64,000 bases of DNA from Candidatus Alloenteromonas pullistercoris (GCA_017694295.1 JADINA010000001.1:1117-65116), one strand, 5' to 3'. Counted from the first letter of the stretch, positions 8,899-18,271 are shown. The notes: a model not told the origin generated them from the sequence alone. Numbers and translations: made by a program.

Positions 8899-10917
8899 AT
8901 GAAGAAACATGGACGATTTGTCGCCGGTGTCTTCGGAGCAAGCGTTTTGCTCGCTTTGGGAACCGGCGCTTTTTTGACGGCCAACGACGCGGGCGTCAAA
9001 GAAGCGAAAGCGGCGGGGGAGGACCTTGTTTTCACCCTGACCGACGAGAACTTTGGAATATTGAATCCCGCTTCGAGCGGCACCATAAGCGTTGCCGACG
9101 AATCGGGAACGACCAACGTTAAATTCCAATATAAAACGGAAACGCGCAGTGGCTACATATTTTTGAAGCCAAACTACTGGATCACCAATTCGACCGTCCC
9201 AGAAGGATATTACATTTCAAAAGTTTCGGGAACATATACCGGCAACACATCTGAATCTGCTACCCCCGGGGTTTCTTTCGGGGCTGAATGCGTTGCTTCG
9301 AGCAATACCAATTTCGATGTCGAATTCCCGGTTAAGAAATACGGCAGTTTTGAGGGGATTAACGAGAATACCGAATATTGCTATGCCAATGTGAGCGAAG
9401 CCGGAAACAGAAACGCCCAATTAGCCACGTTGGTATATACCTTTAGTCCAAAGCCGGCCGCAATCGTCTACGATCACATCACCATCACCGGCTCCCCAAC
9501 CCGCACCGATTATTACGTTGGCGAATCCTTCTCGACCGACGGCTTAACCGTCACCGCCTATGAAACCGCCGAGGAGACCGATGCCGGGCTTGACGTCACG
9601 GACGAAGTCAAATGGCTTTTCAAACCCGAGGTATTCGAATCCACCGACACCACCAGCGTTTACGCCATCGTCTCCTGGAACGACCTTATGTTAGAGACGA
9701 ACATTGAGGGGATCACCGTTTCCGAGCCGGCGACCGTTGAATCGCTTGAGGTCGTCAATGCCAAGGGGACTTATGATGCCAGCGAATCCTTCGACGCCTC
9801 GGCCGTCACCGTCTACGCCAATATGTCCGACGGGAAAAGAAACGACGTCACCTCCAGCGCGGAATTGAGCGCCTATAACCCGATATTGAGCGATTTCATA
9901 AGCGGAATCTATCAAATGACCGCGACCTATGGCGGGGTCAGCGGAACCTTCGATCTGAATTTGACCGCCACGATCAAAGGCTATCGCGATTCCCGGACTT
10001 CCGGCATCTTAATCGGAACCGTCACCGGCGTTGAAAAGGTCTATGCCGATTCAACCGACATCAACGTTTGGATTAACGACGGAACCTCCGGCATCATGAT
10101 TTATAAGATTTCGGAAAGCGAAATCGAAGGCGAGCTTGCCATTGGCAAAAGAATCGCCGTTGAAGGCGGGCAAAACGTTTTTAACGGTCTTTCCCAAGTT
10201 AACAATTTGACCCGAGCCGTCATCATCGGCGATGGCGAGGAGATCGCCCCCGTCGATATCGATGCCTTTGATTCCGATTCCTTGGAAGGCTTGGATTCCT
10301 CGCTCATCAACGTAGAGGGTCTTACCTATGTCTCCGGCTCCATCGCCAGCGGGACTAAGGCAGCCAACGTCATCGTCAAATATCAAGGATCCAATCTCAC
10401 CCTTCGCGCCCCAACGAACGGAGCCGCCGTCGCCCTTAGCGATGCCGGGTTGGACGCTTGGTTCGACAAGATCGAGGATCTGCCGTTCAATTTCGTCGGT
10501 CATTTGGGCTGGTTCAATGCCCCTCAGCTCGCCCCGCTTTCCCTCGATGACTTCGATTGCCCGGATTTTAATGCCGTTGAGGCCTTCGTCGATGGCTATA
10601 TGCACATGGATGAGTACCAAGGCGTTGACGATGCCGATGGGGCTTGCCTTGCCACCTACCCGCTAGCAAAAGAGGCTTTCGAGAAGCTTAGCGAGGTCCA
10701 GCAGGATTACTTCCTCACCTCCACTTACTTCGCCGACGCCGCGGCCCGTTACAACGCCTGGGCGGTCGCCAATGGCGAAGCCCTCGATTCCTCGCTTGGC
10801 GTCATTAACTCCATCTCCGATTCCACCACCTGGATCGCCCTAGGCGCCTTGCTTGGCGTTGGGGCAATCGCCGGGGCCGCCATCATCGTCGCCAATAGGC
10901 GCCGCAAAGCCGAGTAA
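8899..10917 (+). CDS. Surface protein: signal peptide, Ig-like repeats, OB-fold-like module, helical stalk, C-terminal TM anchor
   Basis: GGAGGG RBS. Repeated DYYVGESFSTDGLTVTAY-type Ig-like units. OB-like GILIGTVTGVEKVYADSTDINVWINDGTSGIMIYKI. C-terminal WIALGALLGVGAIAGAAIIVANRRRKAE. Confidence 0.7.
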   Translation: MKKHGRFVAGVFGASVLLALGTGAFLTANDAGVKEAKAAGEDLVFTLTDENFGILNPASSGTISVADESGTTNVKFQYKTETRSGYIFLKPNYWITNSTVPEGYYISKVSGTYTGNTSESATPGVSFGAECVASSNTNFDVEFPVKKYGSFEGINENTEYCYANVSEAGNRNAQLATLVYTFSPKPAAIVYDHITITGSPTRTDYYVGESFSTDGLTVTAYETAEETDAGLDVTDEVKWLFKPEVFESTDTTSVYAIVSWNDLMLETNIEGITVSEPATVESLEVVNAKGTYDASESFDASAVTVYANMSDGKRNDVTSSAELSAYNPILSDFISGIYQMTATYGGVSGTFDLNLTATIKGYRDSRTSGILIGTVTGVEKVYADSTDINVWINDGTSGIMIYKISESEIEGELAIGKRIAVEGGQNVFNGLSQVNNLTRAVIIGDGEEIAPVDIDAFDSDSLEGLDSSLINVEGLTYVSGSIASGTKAANVIVKYQGSNLTLRAPTNGAAVALSDAGLDAWFDKIEDLPFNFVGHLGWFNAPQLAPLSLDDFDCPDFNAVEAFVDGYMHMDEYQGVDDADGACLATYPLAKEAFEKLSEVQQDYFLTSTYFADAAARYNAWAVANGEALDSSLGVINSISDSTTWIALGALLGVGAIAGAAIIVANRRRKAE

Positions 10918-10939
10918 TCGCTTCGTTTACCCTTTAAGG

Positions 10940-10970
10940 GCCCTCTTGGTTAGGCAGGAGGGCTTTTTTC
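10940..10970 (+). terminator. Rho-independent terminator
   Basis: GCCCTC...GAGGGC hairpin followed by TTTTTT. Confidence 0.65.
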
Positions 10971-11043
10971 TTGCTGTTTTCTGTCTTGTTTCCTAGGTTT
11001 AATCGAATGAAATCATTTGGTTATCACCTATATGCTCCTATTT

Positions 11044-11092
11044 TTGGAAGCGTTTACATTTTGGTGCTATGCTATTTGGGAAATCGGTTTAC
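11044..11092 (+). promoter_or_regulatory. Promoter with two LacI/CcpA-type operators for the 11115 operon
   Basis: -35 TTGGAA (11044-11049), 18-nt spacer, -10 TATGCT (11068-11073). Operators TGGAAGCGTTTACA (11045-11058) and GGAAATCGGTTTAC (11079-11092). Confidence 0.45.
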
Positions 11093-11114
11093 CAAAACCG
11101 GTCCCGTTAAATAA

Positions 11115-12206
11115 ATGAAACACAGAAACCCCCTCTTGATCGTTTGCCTTGCCGCCTCTTTGCTTTGCTCTTGCGTCGATAAGAGGGGTTCCTCGAGCCT
11201 TGAATCAGGTTCATCCTCCTCCGATCTTTCCCTTTCCTCTTCATCTTTCTCTTCCAACCTCGAGGATGAGAGCCTTCCCGAGGTCAGGATTGTTGAGGCG
11301 GAGGGCATAAGGGCGAGTGGGGGAGGCCGTTATGAAGCGGGGGAGGAAGTCGTCATCGGCATAAGCGTTGCCAAAGGCTATAAGCTTCTTGGTGCCAGCT
11401 TAAACGGCATTCCCGCCGCCATCTCAAACAACCACCTTCGCTTCACGATGGGGGAAGATGACGTCGAAGTCGCTTTCGAGGTCGAGCATTGCCTATATTC
11501 GGTCATCCTCGATTGCCAATATGGGGTTTACGCCTCCGCCGACAAGACGCAAGCCCATTACGGGGAGACGGTGAACTTGGAGGTTGGGGCCCTCGAGGGC
11601 TATGCCTTTGACCACATCGAGGTCAACGGCGAAGCGATCCAAGGGCTAAGCTTCGCGATGGGGGAGGAAGATGCCCTGGTAAAGGTTTTCGCCTCGGTTT
11701 CGCAAAGCATCGCCCAAACCCCGGGAAACCTTGCCATCTCCGGCTCGATCCTTAGCTTCGACCCGGTTATGGGGGCTAGCTCCTACCTTATCCGCATAAA
11801 CGGGCAGGATAGCTTTGAAACGACGCAAAACTCCATCGATTTGGAGCAATCCCCGGCTTCCTCCTATTTGGTTCCCGGGGTCAACGAGATCGAGGTGGCC
11901 GCCAAAGCCTCGGGCTCCTTCACCTCTTTTTACTCAAACCCCATCGAATACCTATTCGGGGTCGACGCCGAGGCGGTTGATGGCTTCCTAAAGTCCGTCG
12001 AATCGATTGGCGAAGTCACCCTCGATAGCCAAAGCGCCATCGCCTACGCCATCGCCTATTACAAAGGGATGGATTCGGTTTCCAAGCTTGATCCCCGGGT
12101 CGATGAGGCCTTGGAAACGCTAAAGGAAAGCGATGGGGCTTATTTCCTTTTGCTTGTTGAAAAAGCCGCCGAAAGCCTAAATGAGGAGGACATCGCTATT
12201 GCCTAG
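11115..12206 (+). CDS. Lipoprotein with InlB-B-repeat-like domains; ends at an in-frame TAG
   Basis: Lipobox LAASLLCSC, then a Ser-rich linker. YGETVNLEVGALEGYAFDHIEVNG-type repeats. The next ORF continues in the same frame (see findings). Confidence 0.65.
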   Translation: MKHRNPLLIVCLAASLLCSCVDKRGSSSLESGSSSSDLSLSSSSFSSNLEDESLPEVRIVEAEGIRASGGGRYEAGEEVVIGISVAKGYKLLGASLNGIPAAISNNHLRFTMGEDDVEVAFEVEHCLYSVILDCQYGVYASADKTQAHYGETVNLEVGALEGYAFDHIEVNGEAIQGLSFAMGEEDALVKVFASVSQSIAQTPGNLAISGSILSFDPVMGASSYLIRINGQDSFETTQNSIDLEQSPASSYLVPGVNEIEVAAKASGSFTSFYSNPIEYLFGVDAEAVDGFLKSVESIGEVTLDSQSAIAYAIAYYKGMDSVSKLDPRVDEALETLKESDGAYFLLLVEKAAESLNEEDIAIA

Positions 12207-12221
12207 GATTATTATTCCGCG

Positions 12222-13193
12222 ATGCTTGGGAAGGACTCGCCTTCCGCAATAGAGGCCTTAAGCATCGCCTTAGGGGAAAATTGCTCCGCCAAACCCGTCC
12301 ATTACTCCTCCTATTCCCGGCTTTACGTCTTCGCCTATTGCCTTAACGTCCTTGGGCAGAAGATAGTCGCCAATGCCCCGGAAGTGCATTCCGGCGGCGA
12401 GCTTATCCCGCTTTCAGGAAGCGATGGGGCCTATTACCTATCCTCCGAGGAAGGGGAAACGTATTCGCTTTCCTTCAATGGCCATGACTATGGGCAATTG
12501 ACTATGCCAAGCCGGCTAAGCGGCTTCGTCTTCGGCATCACCGACGGCGGCGCCTTCGGCTCAAGCGTTGAGTCCTTCGACCATTACGTCACCGAGGCCT
12601 ATCTTTCCTCCTCCCTCTCCGCCGATTTGACCTTGGCCGCGGAGCCTTTGGTATCCGTCACCTCAACTTCGCAATCCTTCTCCCCCTCATCTTTGGACGA
12701 GGCCCTTTATCGGGCCGGATACGGCGGGCAGACGCTTTCGCTTAAGCTTTTGATCTATGGGATAGACGGCGAAGGTAACACCAGCTACATCGACCCGCAG
12801 TCCGTCCACGACTACTCGTTAACCGTCATGGATAGCCTCCGCCTTTCCACCTTCGGGACCATCCGCGTCATCCCCGCGGGGAGCAACGACGAGGGGCGCG
12901 TCGAATGGCCATGGGAGATATTCATGGAAAACGCCAACCCCCAATCCGATGAGGTCGATACCCTCAACCTCATCGTCATCGACGAAAAGGGAAGCGAGGT
13001 CGGGACCATCATCATGGATTATGAATCCGGGGACCGTTACCTGATGAAGCAAGACGTTATCGATTGGCTTAATGAATCCGGCTTGCCGCTTGGCCGGTAT
13101 TGCTTTAAGCCCTATTTGAAGGCCAAGCCGGGCAGCGAATACGGCGACTCGCCCTTTTACCCGACGACCGACTATTACGATTACGCCGCCTAG
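12222..13193 (+). CDS. Hypothetical protein, possibly the C-terminal continuation of the 11115 lipoprotein
   Basis: 323-aa ORF in the same frame as the upstream ORF. It has no signal peptide and no Shine-Dalgarno. Confidence 0.5.
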   Translation: MLGKDSPSAIEALSIALGENCSAKPVHYSSYSRLYVFAYCLNVLGQKIVANAPEVHSGGELIPLSGSDGAYYLSSEEGETYSLSFNGHDYGQLTMPSRLSGFVFGITDGGAFGSSVESFDHYVTEAYLSSSLSADLTLAAEPLVSVTSTSQSFSPSSLDEALYRAGYGGQTLSLKLLIYGIDGEGNTSYIDPQSVHDYSLTVMDSLRLSTFGTIRVIPAGSNDEGRVEWPWEIFMENANPQSDEVDTLNLIVIDEKGSEVGTIIMDYESGDRYLMKQDVIDWLNESGLPLGRYCFKPYLKAKPGSEYGDSPFYPTTDYYDYAA

Positions 13194-13205
13194 GAGGCAA
13201 TGGAC

Positions 13206-16200
13206 ATGAAAAGAAACTTCTCCGCCGCCATATTCGCTGCTGCCGCCTTTAGCCTCCTTCTTTCCTCCTGCGGGGAAAAGGAAAGCATCATAGATGGAAG
13301 CAGCGAGGAGGAAACGTCCTCCTCTTCCTCCTCAAGTTCTGAGGACTTCGAGGAAGTCGAGTACGAGCTGCGGCTAAACGACGTGAAAACCCCGCAGGGC
13401 CGCTACTTCGATCCGTATCAAGGGGTGGAGGCCTATTCAAGCGAAGGGGATAACCTGCTTAGCGAAGTTGAGGTATACGGCAACGTCGATTACGCGACCC
13501 CCGGGGTCTACACCCTGACCTACGATTTATTCGGGGAGAAGGCGACTAGGGAGGTCGAGGTGACCGCGGATCCCGAGTATGGGAAGGAAGATGAGCCCTA
13601 TATTTACTCCTCAAGCAAGCCTTACGTCATCTCCAAAGGCCGCCCAGCTTCGGGCAAATCTAGCGGCAGCGCCTCCGCCTCCTATTTGACCGACGGCGAC
13701 CTTTCCACCCGTTATGAGTCCCCTTGGGAGGAGGGACCATTCGACTTAGACGTCGATTTGGGGGCCGTCCTCCCAATAACCGGCATCAAGATCCATTTTG
13801 AGTCCGCCTCAGCCAAGGCCTATGAGATCCTGCTTTCCGAGGATGGCGAGGAATACCGCCTTCTTGAAAGCGTAACCGACGGGGCCTATGGGGCGAGGGT
13901 GGATTCATTCGATTGCTCCGCCGAGGCTAGGTATGTCCGGGTCAGGCTGAAGCAGCGGAACATGGAAGCGTATGGCTATTCGCTTTACGAGATTGAGGTG
14001 TACGGGCTTAAGGGCCTTGCTGTCCCCGAGGAGGATTACCCGGACTTGTTCTCGGGAAACGAGATAGAGGATGGGCAGTGGCTTCAGCTTGACTTCGATT
14101 CGCCCGTCTCCATTTCCCGGGTCGCGATATCGTATTCGGATTGGATAAGCGCCATCTCGGTTTCGCTCCTCTATTCTAGCGGCGGCCCCTATGCCGAATT
14201 GGCCTCCACCCAAACCTCGCAAACCGACTTCACCTTCGAATCGGTTGAGGCGACCTCGCTTCGCCTGCAATTCGCCTCCAGACCCCTAAATAGCAAAAAC
14301 TACCGGGTCAACTTGCTTACCGTCTATGATGGGGAAACATCGCTTGACCTATCAAATGCCAAGATAAGCGCCTCCTCCATCGATGGGGAGCATGGCCCCA
14401 ACAACGTCAAAAGCGACTACAACACCTTCTGGGGCTCGGAAGTCGACCCGCTTCTTCAATATGGGCAGGTGTTCGACTTGGGGGAGCAGAAGCAAATCGG
14501 CGACGTCGACTTGCTTTGGGATTCCAATTCCGGGAAGGTCTATGACGTCTATTTCGTCTCCGACTTAAATGAATTGGAGCAAGCCGAACCCGTTTACCGC
14601 GAACTTGCCGGGTATGCGCGTTTAAAAAGCGTCACGGTTTATCAAAGCGGTCGTTACCTAGTCGTCAAAGACTACTCTAACCCCTCCTCCTATTGCTTTA
14701 ACCTAGTCGGGATAACCATCCATTCCCCTTTGCCTAATGGGGAGGCGCTAGATTACTCAATCGGCGTCTTGCCCGTCTCCAAGACGGTAGAGGTGGGGGA
14801 AGGAAGCTATTTGACTAACGACCCATCCGCTTTGGAGACGGCCCGGGGCATCGGCTATGCCGGGGCTAACCTTTCCGGGGCGATCGACTCCAATTCGTGG
14901 TGGAACTCGCTTCTAATAAACAATCTGGGCCACGCCAATTACCTAAACCCCCTGCGGGCCAAGTTCACCTCGTTGGGGCTTGAGGTCTCTAATCCCGGGC
15001 AAGGATATTTCGAGACCACCTGGAATAGGGGCCAGCAGGTATCCGATTCCAGCGATTTCGTCCTCGCGCCTTCGAAAAATGTAGGTAACCCGACCACCGA
15101 GGTGCTTGGCTATGACGATTTCGGCGTAAAAGTCGGCTATGGCGACGGGAAATACCACGACATGGCCGTCCATCTTTACCAGGGAAGCCCCTACATTTAC
15201 GCTTTCTTCGCCTCCAAAGAAGCCCTTCTCGCCCCCGAGGAGCTTCTTTCCATCCTCGATTTGCAGGGCAATGAGGTAACCGAGGATATCCCGAGCCAAT
15301 TCGTTTTCGCCGCAAAAGCCAACATCGGTTATGAAAACGATGTGCAAAACGGCGTCAACCCCGTCAAATACGAAACCCATTATTACCTGGTTTCCGCCCC
15401 CGCCGGATCATCCGTCTCCCTAAACGAAGGCAAAATCGAGCTTAGCCTAAGCGATAACTACCTAAGCGTCGCCGCCCTCCCAAGCTTGGAGGCGGCCCAT
15501 GATTACGCCACTGGTGGCTATTCCTTCCTCTCGCAAGGGCGTTCCTACTACAGGCTTAATGGCGATAAGGTCGACTCAAGCCTCGTCTATGGCGTTTGGC
15601 ATGTCGGCGGCTTCCTTGGGGAGCCGCTTATCGCCACCCTTCCCCATCAATGGAAGTGCCTCCTTTCCCCAAGCCTAACCGATTATGGCTATAAGACGAT
15701 CAGGGGCCCGATGAAGGTCGTTAAAGGCCGCCGCTTTAATACCTCCACCCCCTTTACAGGCATCTCGCCTAACTACGCCGAGCCAACCGACGCCGGCTAT
15801 TCGCGGAGCGAGTTCGCCTCGCTGCTTGAGCAATATGACGAAAGGACGGACGGCAACCTGCTTTCCGCCGACGCCTATTGGCAGGGCAAGTCACTGCATC
15901 CGCTGGCGGAGGCGGTTTACGAGGCCAACGCCATCGGCGAGCTGTCATTGCGCGATTCCTTCCTTTCGAAGATAAAGACGATCTTCGACGATTGGTTTTG
16001 CTATTCCGGGGAGGGCGATCGTCAATATCTTTACTATGATGACGTCTGGGGCACCCTTTATTACGCCACCAGCGAGTTCGGGGCCAACTTCAACCTCGCC
16101 GACCACCATTTCACCTATGGCTATTTTGCTCTCGCCCTCACCGCCTTATTCGAGTTCGACGAGCAAGCCAAAGCCGATTACGCCGATTTAGCCAGATTGC

Positions 16201-17378
16201 TCGTCCTTGATTACATGAATTACACCGAGGACACCTCATTGTTCTGCCGCTTTAGGGCCTTTGATCCCTATGCCGGGCATTCCTGGGCCGGGGGTTACGC
16301 CGACTCGGATTCGGGCAACAACCAGGAATCGAGCTCGGAGTCGCTTTCTAGCTATGCCTCCGCCTATGAGCTTGGCCTGGTCTTAGGCGACCAAGACATG
16401 GTCGAGGCCGCCGCCTATTGCTATTCGACCGAGCTATTGGCCACCAAGCTTTACTGGTTTGATTACGACGGCGATTGCTTCCCCGCCTCCTATCCCTACG
16501 AAGTGGCGGGGCAGGTTTACGGCGGCTCGATATCCTATGGAACCTTCTTCAACGGCGATCCAACCTACATTTACGGCATTCAATGGCTTCCGACCGCCGA
16601 ATACCTTTCCGGCTATGCCTATGGGGAGGAGGAGAGGGCAAAGCTCGCCGACCTATATTCCGATTACCTCCGCGAGGAGGAGGAATGGACCGGCCATGCG
16701 CCGGAAGACGGCTACCAGCACATCCTTTTCGCCATCATCGCCCTCTTCGACCCGGATTTGGCGATAGAGAAATACCAAACCCGCTTCGACGAGGTAAGCG
16801 GCAACTCCGAGGTGTTCAACCTCTATTACTTCATTCACTCCCTCAAATCGCTTGGCGTCAAAGACCCTGGCTATGGCCTTGATTATGCCTATGGTGGCTC
16901 GGTCTATTCTAACGGCGGCGTATCGAAGGCCTTACTTTGGAACCCGACCGGGGAAACCCAAATGGCGATTGTTAAGCAAAACGGCGAAGCCATCGGGCAA
17001 ATAAGCGTCGCCCCCCATTCGATCGCCGCGATCGATGTCGGCGGCGGGGACTACGAAAAGCCGTTTGAGCTTGGCGACACCTTCGATTTGGGGGACGCCT
17101 ACACGGAAAACGAGGCATCGGGGGCGAGGGAATACGTTTTCTCCACCAACCTTAGTGGCCCCTGCTATGTCTACGTCGAGGTCATAAACCCGACGGACGA
17201 GGACCTTTCCATCTCCTTTTCCTTCGATTCGACGATATACCGGGGTGAAAGGACGGTGAAGGCCGATTCCAGCGAGCGGCTGACCTTCTCCAGGGCCATC
17301 GCCTTGGGCCGGGGCAATCTGCGGCTGCGAGTCGATGATGGCCTGTTAGTGCTTTCGATTTCGCTTCTTAACGGCTGA
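13206..17378 (+). CDS. Lipoprotein endo-1,3-beta-glucanase, GH81, with Ig-like (DUF5011-type) and F5/8 type C (discoidin) domains
   Basis: MKRNF...LLLSSCG lipobox. AGGAGG spacing fits the ATG at 13206 better than 13200. Discoidin pattern ...SLYEIEVYG. GH81 signatures ADHHFTYGYF and NNQESSSESLSSY. Confidence 0.8.
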   Translation: MKRNFSAAIFAAAAFSLLLSSCGEKESIIDGSSEEETSSSSSSSSEDFEEVEYELRLNDVKTPQGRYFDPYQGVEAYSSEGDNLLSEVEVYGNVDYATPGVYTLTYDLFGEKATREVEVTADPEYGKEDEPYIYSSSKPYVISKGRPASGKSSGSASASYLTDGDLSTRYESPWEEGPFDLDVDLGAVLPITGIKIHFESASAKAYEILLSEDGEEYRLLESVTDGAYGARVDSFDCSAEARYVRVRLKQRNMEAYGYSLYEIEVYGLKGLAVPEEDYPDLFSGNEIEDGQWLQLDFDSPVSISRVAISYSDWISAISVSLLYSSGGPYAELASTQTSQTDFTFESVEATSLRLQFASRPLNSKNYRVNLLTVYDGETSLDLSNAKISASSIDGEHGPNNVKSDYNTFWGSEVDPLLQYGQVFDLGEQKQIGDVDLLWDSNSGKVYDVYFVSDLNELEQAEPVYRELAGYARLKSVTVYQSGRYLVVKDYSNPSSYCFNLVGITIHSPLPNGEALDYSIGVLPVSKTVEVGEGSYLTNDPSALETARGIGYAGANLSGAIDSNSWWNSLLINNLGHANYLNPLRAKFTSLGLEVSNPGQGYFETTWNRGQQVSDSSDFVLAPSKNVGNPTTEVLGYDDFGVKVGYGDGKYHDMAVHLYQGSPYIYAFFASKEALLAPEELLSILDLQGNEVTEDIPSQFVFAAKANIGYENDVQNGVNPVKYETHYYLVSAPAGSSVSLNEGKIELSLSDNYLSVAALPSLEAAHDYATGGYSFLSQGRSYYRLNGDKVDSSLVYGVWHVGGFLGEPLIATLPHQWKCLLSPSLTDYGYKTIRGPMKVVKGRRFNTSTPFTGISPNYAEPTDAGYSRSEFASLLEQYDERTDGNLLSADAYWQGKSLHPLAEAVYEANAIGELSLRDSFLSKIKTIFDDWFCYSGEGDRQYLYYDDVWGTLYYATSEFGANFNLADHHFTYGYFALALTALFEFDEQAKADYADLARLLVLDYMNYTEDTSLFCRFRAFDPYAGHSWAGGYADSDSGNNQESSSESLSSYASAYELGLVLGDQDMVEAAAYCYSTELLATKLYWFDYDGDCFPASYPYEVAGQVYGGSISYGTFFNGDPTYIYGIQWLPTAEYLSGYAYGEEERAKLADLYSDYLREEEEWTGHAPEDGYQHILFAIIALFDPDLAIEKYQTRFDEVSGNSEVFNLYYFIHSLKSLGVKDPGYGLDYAYGGSVYSNGGVSKALLWNPTGETQMAIVKQNGEAIGQISVAPHSIAAIDVGGGDYEKPFELGDTFDLGDAYTENEASGAREYVFSTNLSGPCYVYVEVINPTDEDLSISFSFDSTIYRGERTVKADSSERLTFSRAIALGRGNLRLRVDDGLLVLSISLLNG

Positions 17379-17628
17379 AAGCCGCATGCCTAGGCAATCC
17401 TCTGATAGGGGTGGGGGTTGGCCTAGGCTTTTTATATTTCCAAAGAGACGTTGGCGTAGTCGAGGACGAGACCACGGATGAATTATCGTATTGGTGGAGG
17501 AGAAGGTCTTCAATCTGCGCGAAGGAACCGCAGAAGATGACGCCGTTAGCGCCGCACGAGGATAGCAGCGGGGCCATAAGCAAAGACATCGCGAGCAGAG
17601 TAAACCTTTTGGCTTTAGGCGGATTCAT
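17368..17628 (-). CDS. Small putative lipoprotein or N-terminal lipoprotein remnant
   Basis: Strong RBS (AGGAGGGAAATCA-ATG). Signal peptide with lipobox LLSSCG. The low-complexity tail runs through the convergent terminator and overlaps the GH81 stop by 11 nt. Confidence 0.35.
   Translation of the reverse strand: MNPPKAKRFTLLAMSLLMAPLLSSCGANGVIFCGSFAQIEDLLLHQYDNSSVVSSSTTPTSLWKYKKPRPTPTPIRGLPRHAAFSR
17388..17436 (+). terminator. Rho-independent terminator of the GH81 operon
   Basis: GCCTAGGC (17388-17395) pairs with GCCTAGGC (17421-17428), with an inner AATCC/GGGTT extension, followed by TTTTTATATTT. Confidence 0.6.
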
Positions 17629-17857
17629 TGATTTCCCTCCTGTTGGAACGGGGACAAAGCCAAGGCAAAACGCTTAATCCCCAACCCGCGGCTTTTTGTT
17701 TGCTTGCAAATGGCATACCCCCCTCCTTTGCTTAAAATTAATGCTAGCATGACGGCCCTTCAATGTAAAAAGAGGCCTGGCCTTGATACAGCCAAACTTG
17801 CTTCATTTAGGGCGGTTATGCGGTGAAATCGAAACTGAAAAGCTGGTTTTTGCGCAT

Positions 17858-17883
17858 AAAAAAACGGATGGGCGCGCCATCCG
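17858..17883 (-). terminator. Rho-independent terminator of the GH30-LacI operon
   Basis: Minus strand CGGATGG-CGCGC-CCATCCG hairpin followed by TTTTTTT. Confidence 0.6.
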
Positions 17884-17888
17884 CTAAT

Positions 17889-18260
17889 TCACTTCAGCAA
17901 GGTCGTCAGGCTTTTGGTTTCTTCGTCGACCGAGTCAAGGCTATTGGCGTATATAAGCAGCCTTATGCCGGCTCCCACGCATTTGACGAGCAATTCGGCC
18001 ATCGCCTCCTTCTCCGAGCCATAGCCAACCAAGGCGATGATGGGCTCAAGCTTTTCCTTGGCCTTGAGGTTATAGGAGTCGAAGTCGCTTACGCCTTCTT
18101 TAGCAAATTCGGCGTAGCGCCTTTCCATCTCTTTTTTAAGCTCCTCGAGGGTCGATTGCCAATAACGGCAATAGGCGGCGGCCAAACTGGCCACATGCCC
18201 GATGACGAGCAGGTTTTCCTTCCCCAAGTCGCGATCTATTACCCGGCTGCCTTCTTCCAT
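17889..18260 (-). CDS. 123-aa protein resembling a collapsed, degenerate FtsK/SpoIIIE motor-domain fragment
   Basis: GGAGGAAAGACA-ATG RBS, 11 nt after the lacI-family stop. EMERRYAEFAKEGVSDFDSYN and GAGIRLLIYANSLDSVDEETK parallel FtsK/SpoIIIE EMERRYELFA..GVRNI..YN and AAGIHLI.ATQRPSVDVITG. Walker A and B are absent. Confidence 0.55.
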   Translation of the reverse strand: MEEGSRVIDRDLGKENLLVIGHVASLAAAYCRYWQSTLEELKKEMERRYAEFAKEGVSDFDSYNLKAKEKLEPIIALVGYGSEKEAMAELLVKCVGAGIRLLIYANSLDSVDEETKSLTTLLK

Positions 18261-18271
18261 TGTCTTTCCTC

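Noticed and set aside
12204-12206. Possible stop-codon reassignment: TAG recoding or pyrrolysine, or TGA read as Trp as in many Mollicutes.
   Set aside because: TAG terminates the LacI gene and ORF 12222-13193 at sensible positions. TGA terminates several well-supported genes, for example the permease at 23246-23248. I saw no pyl genes. The standard code fits.
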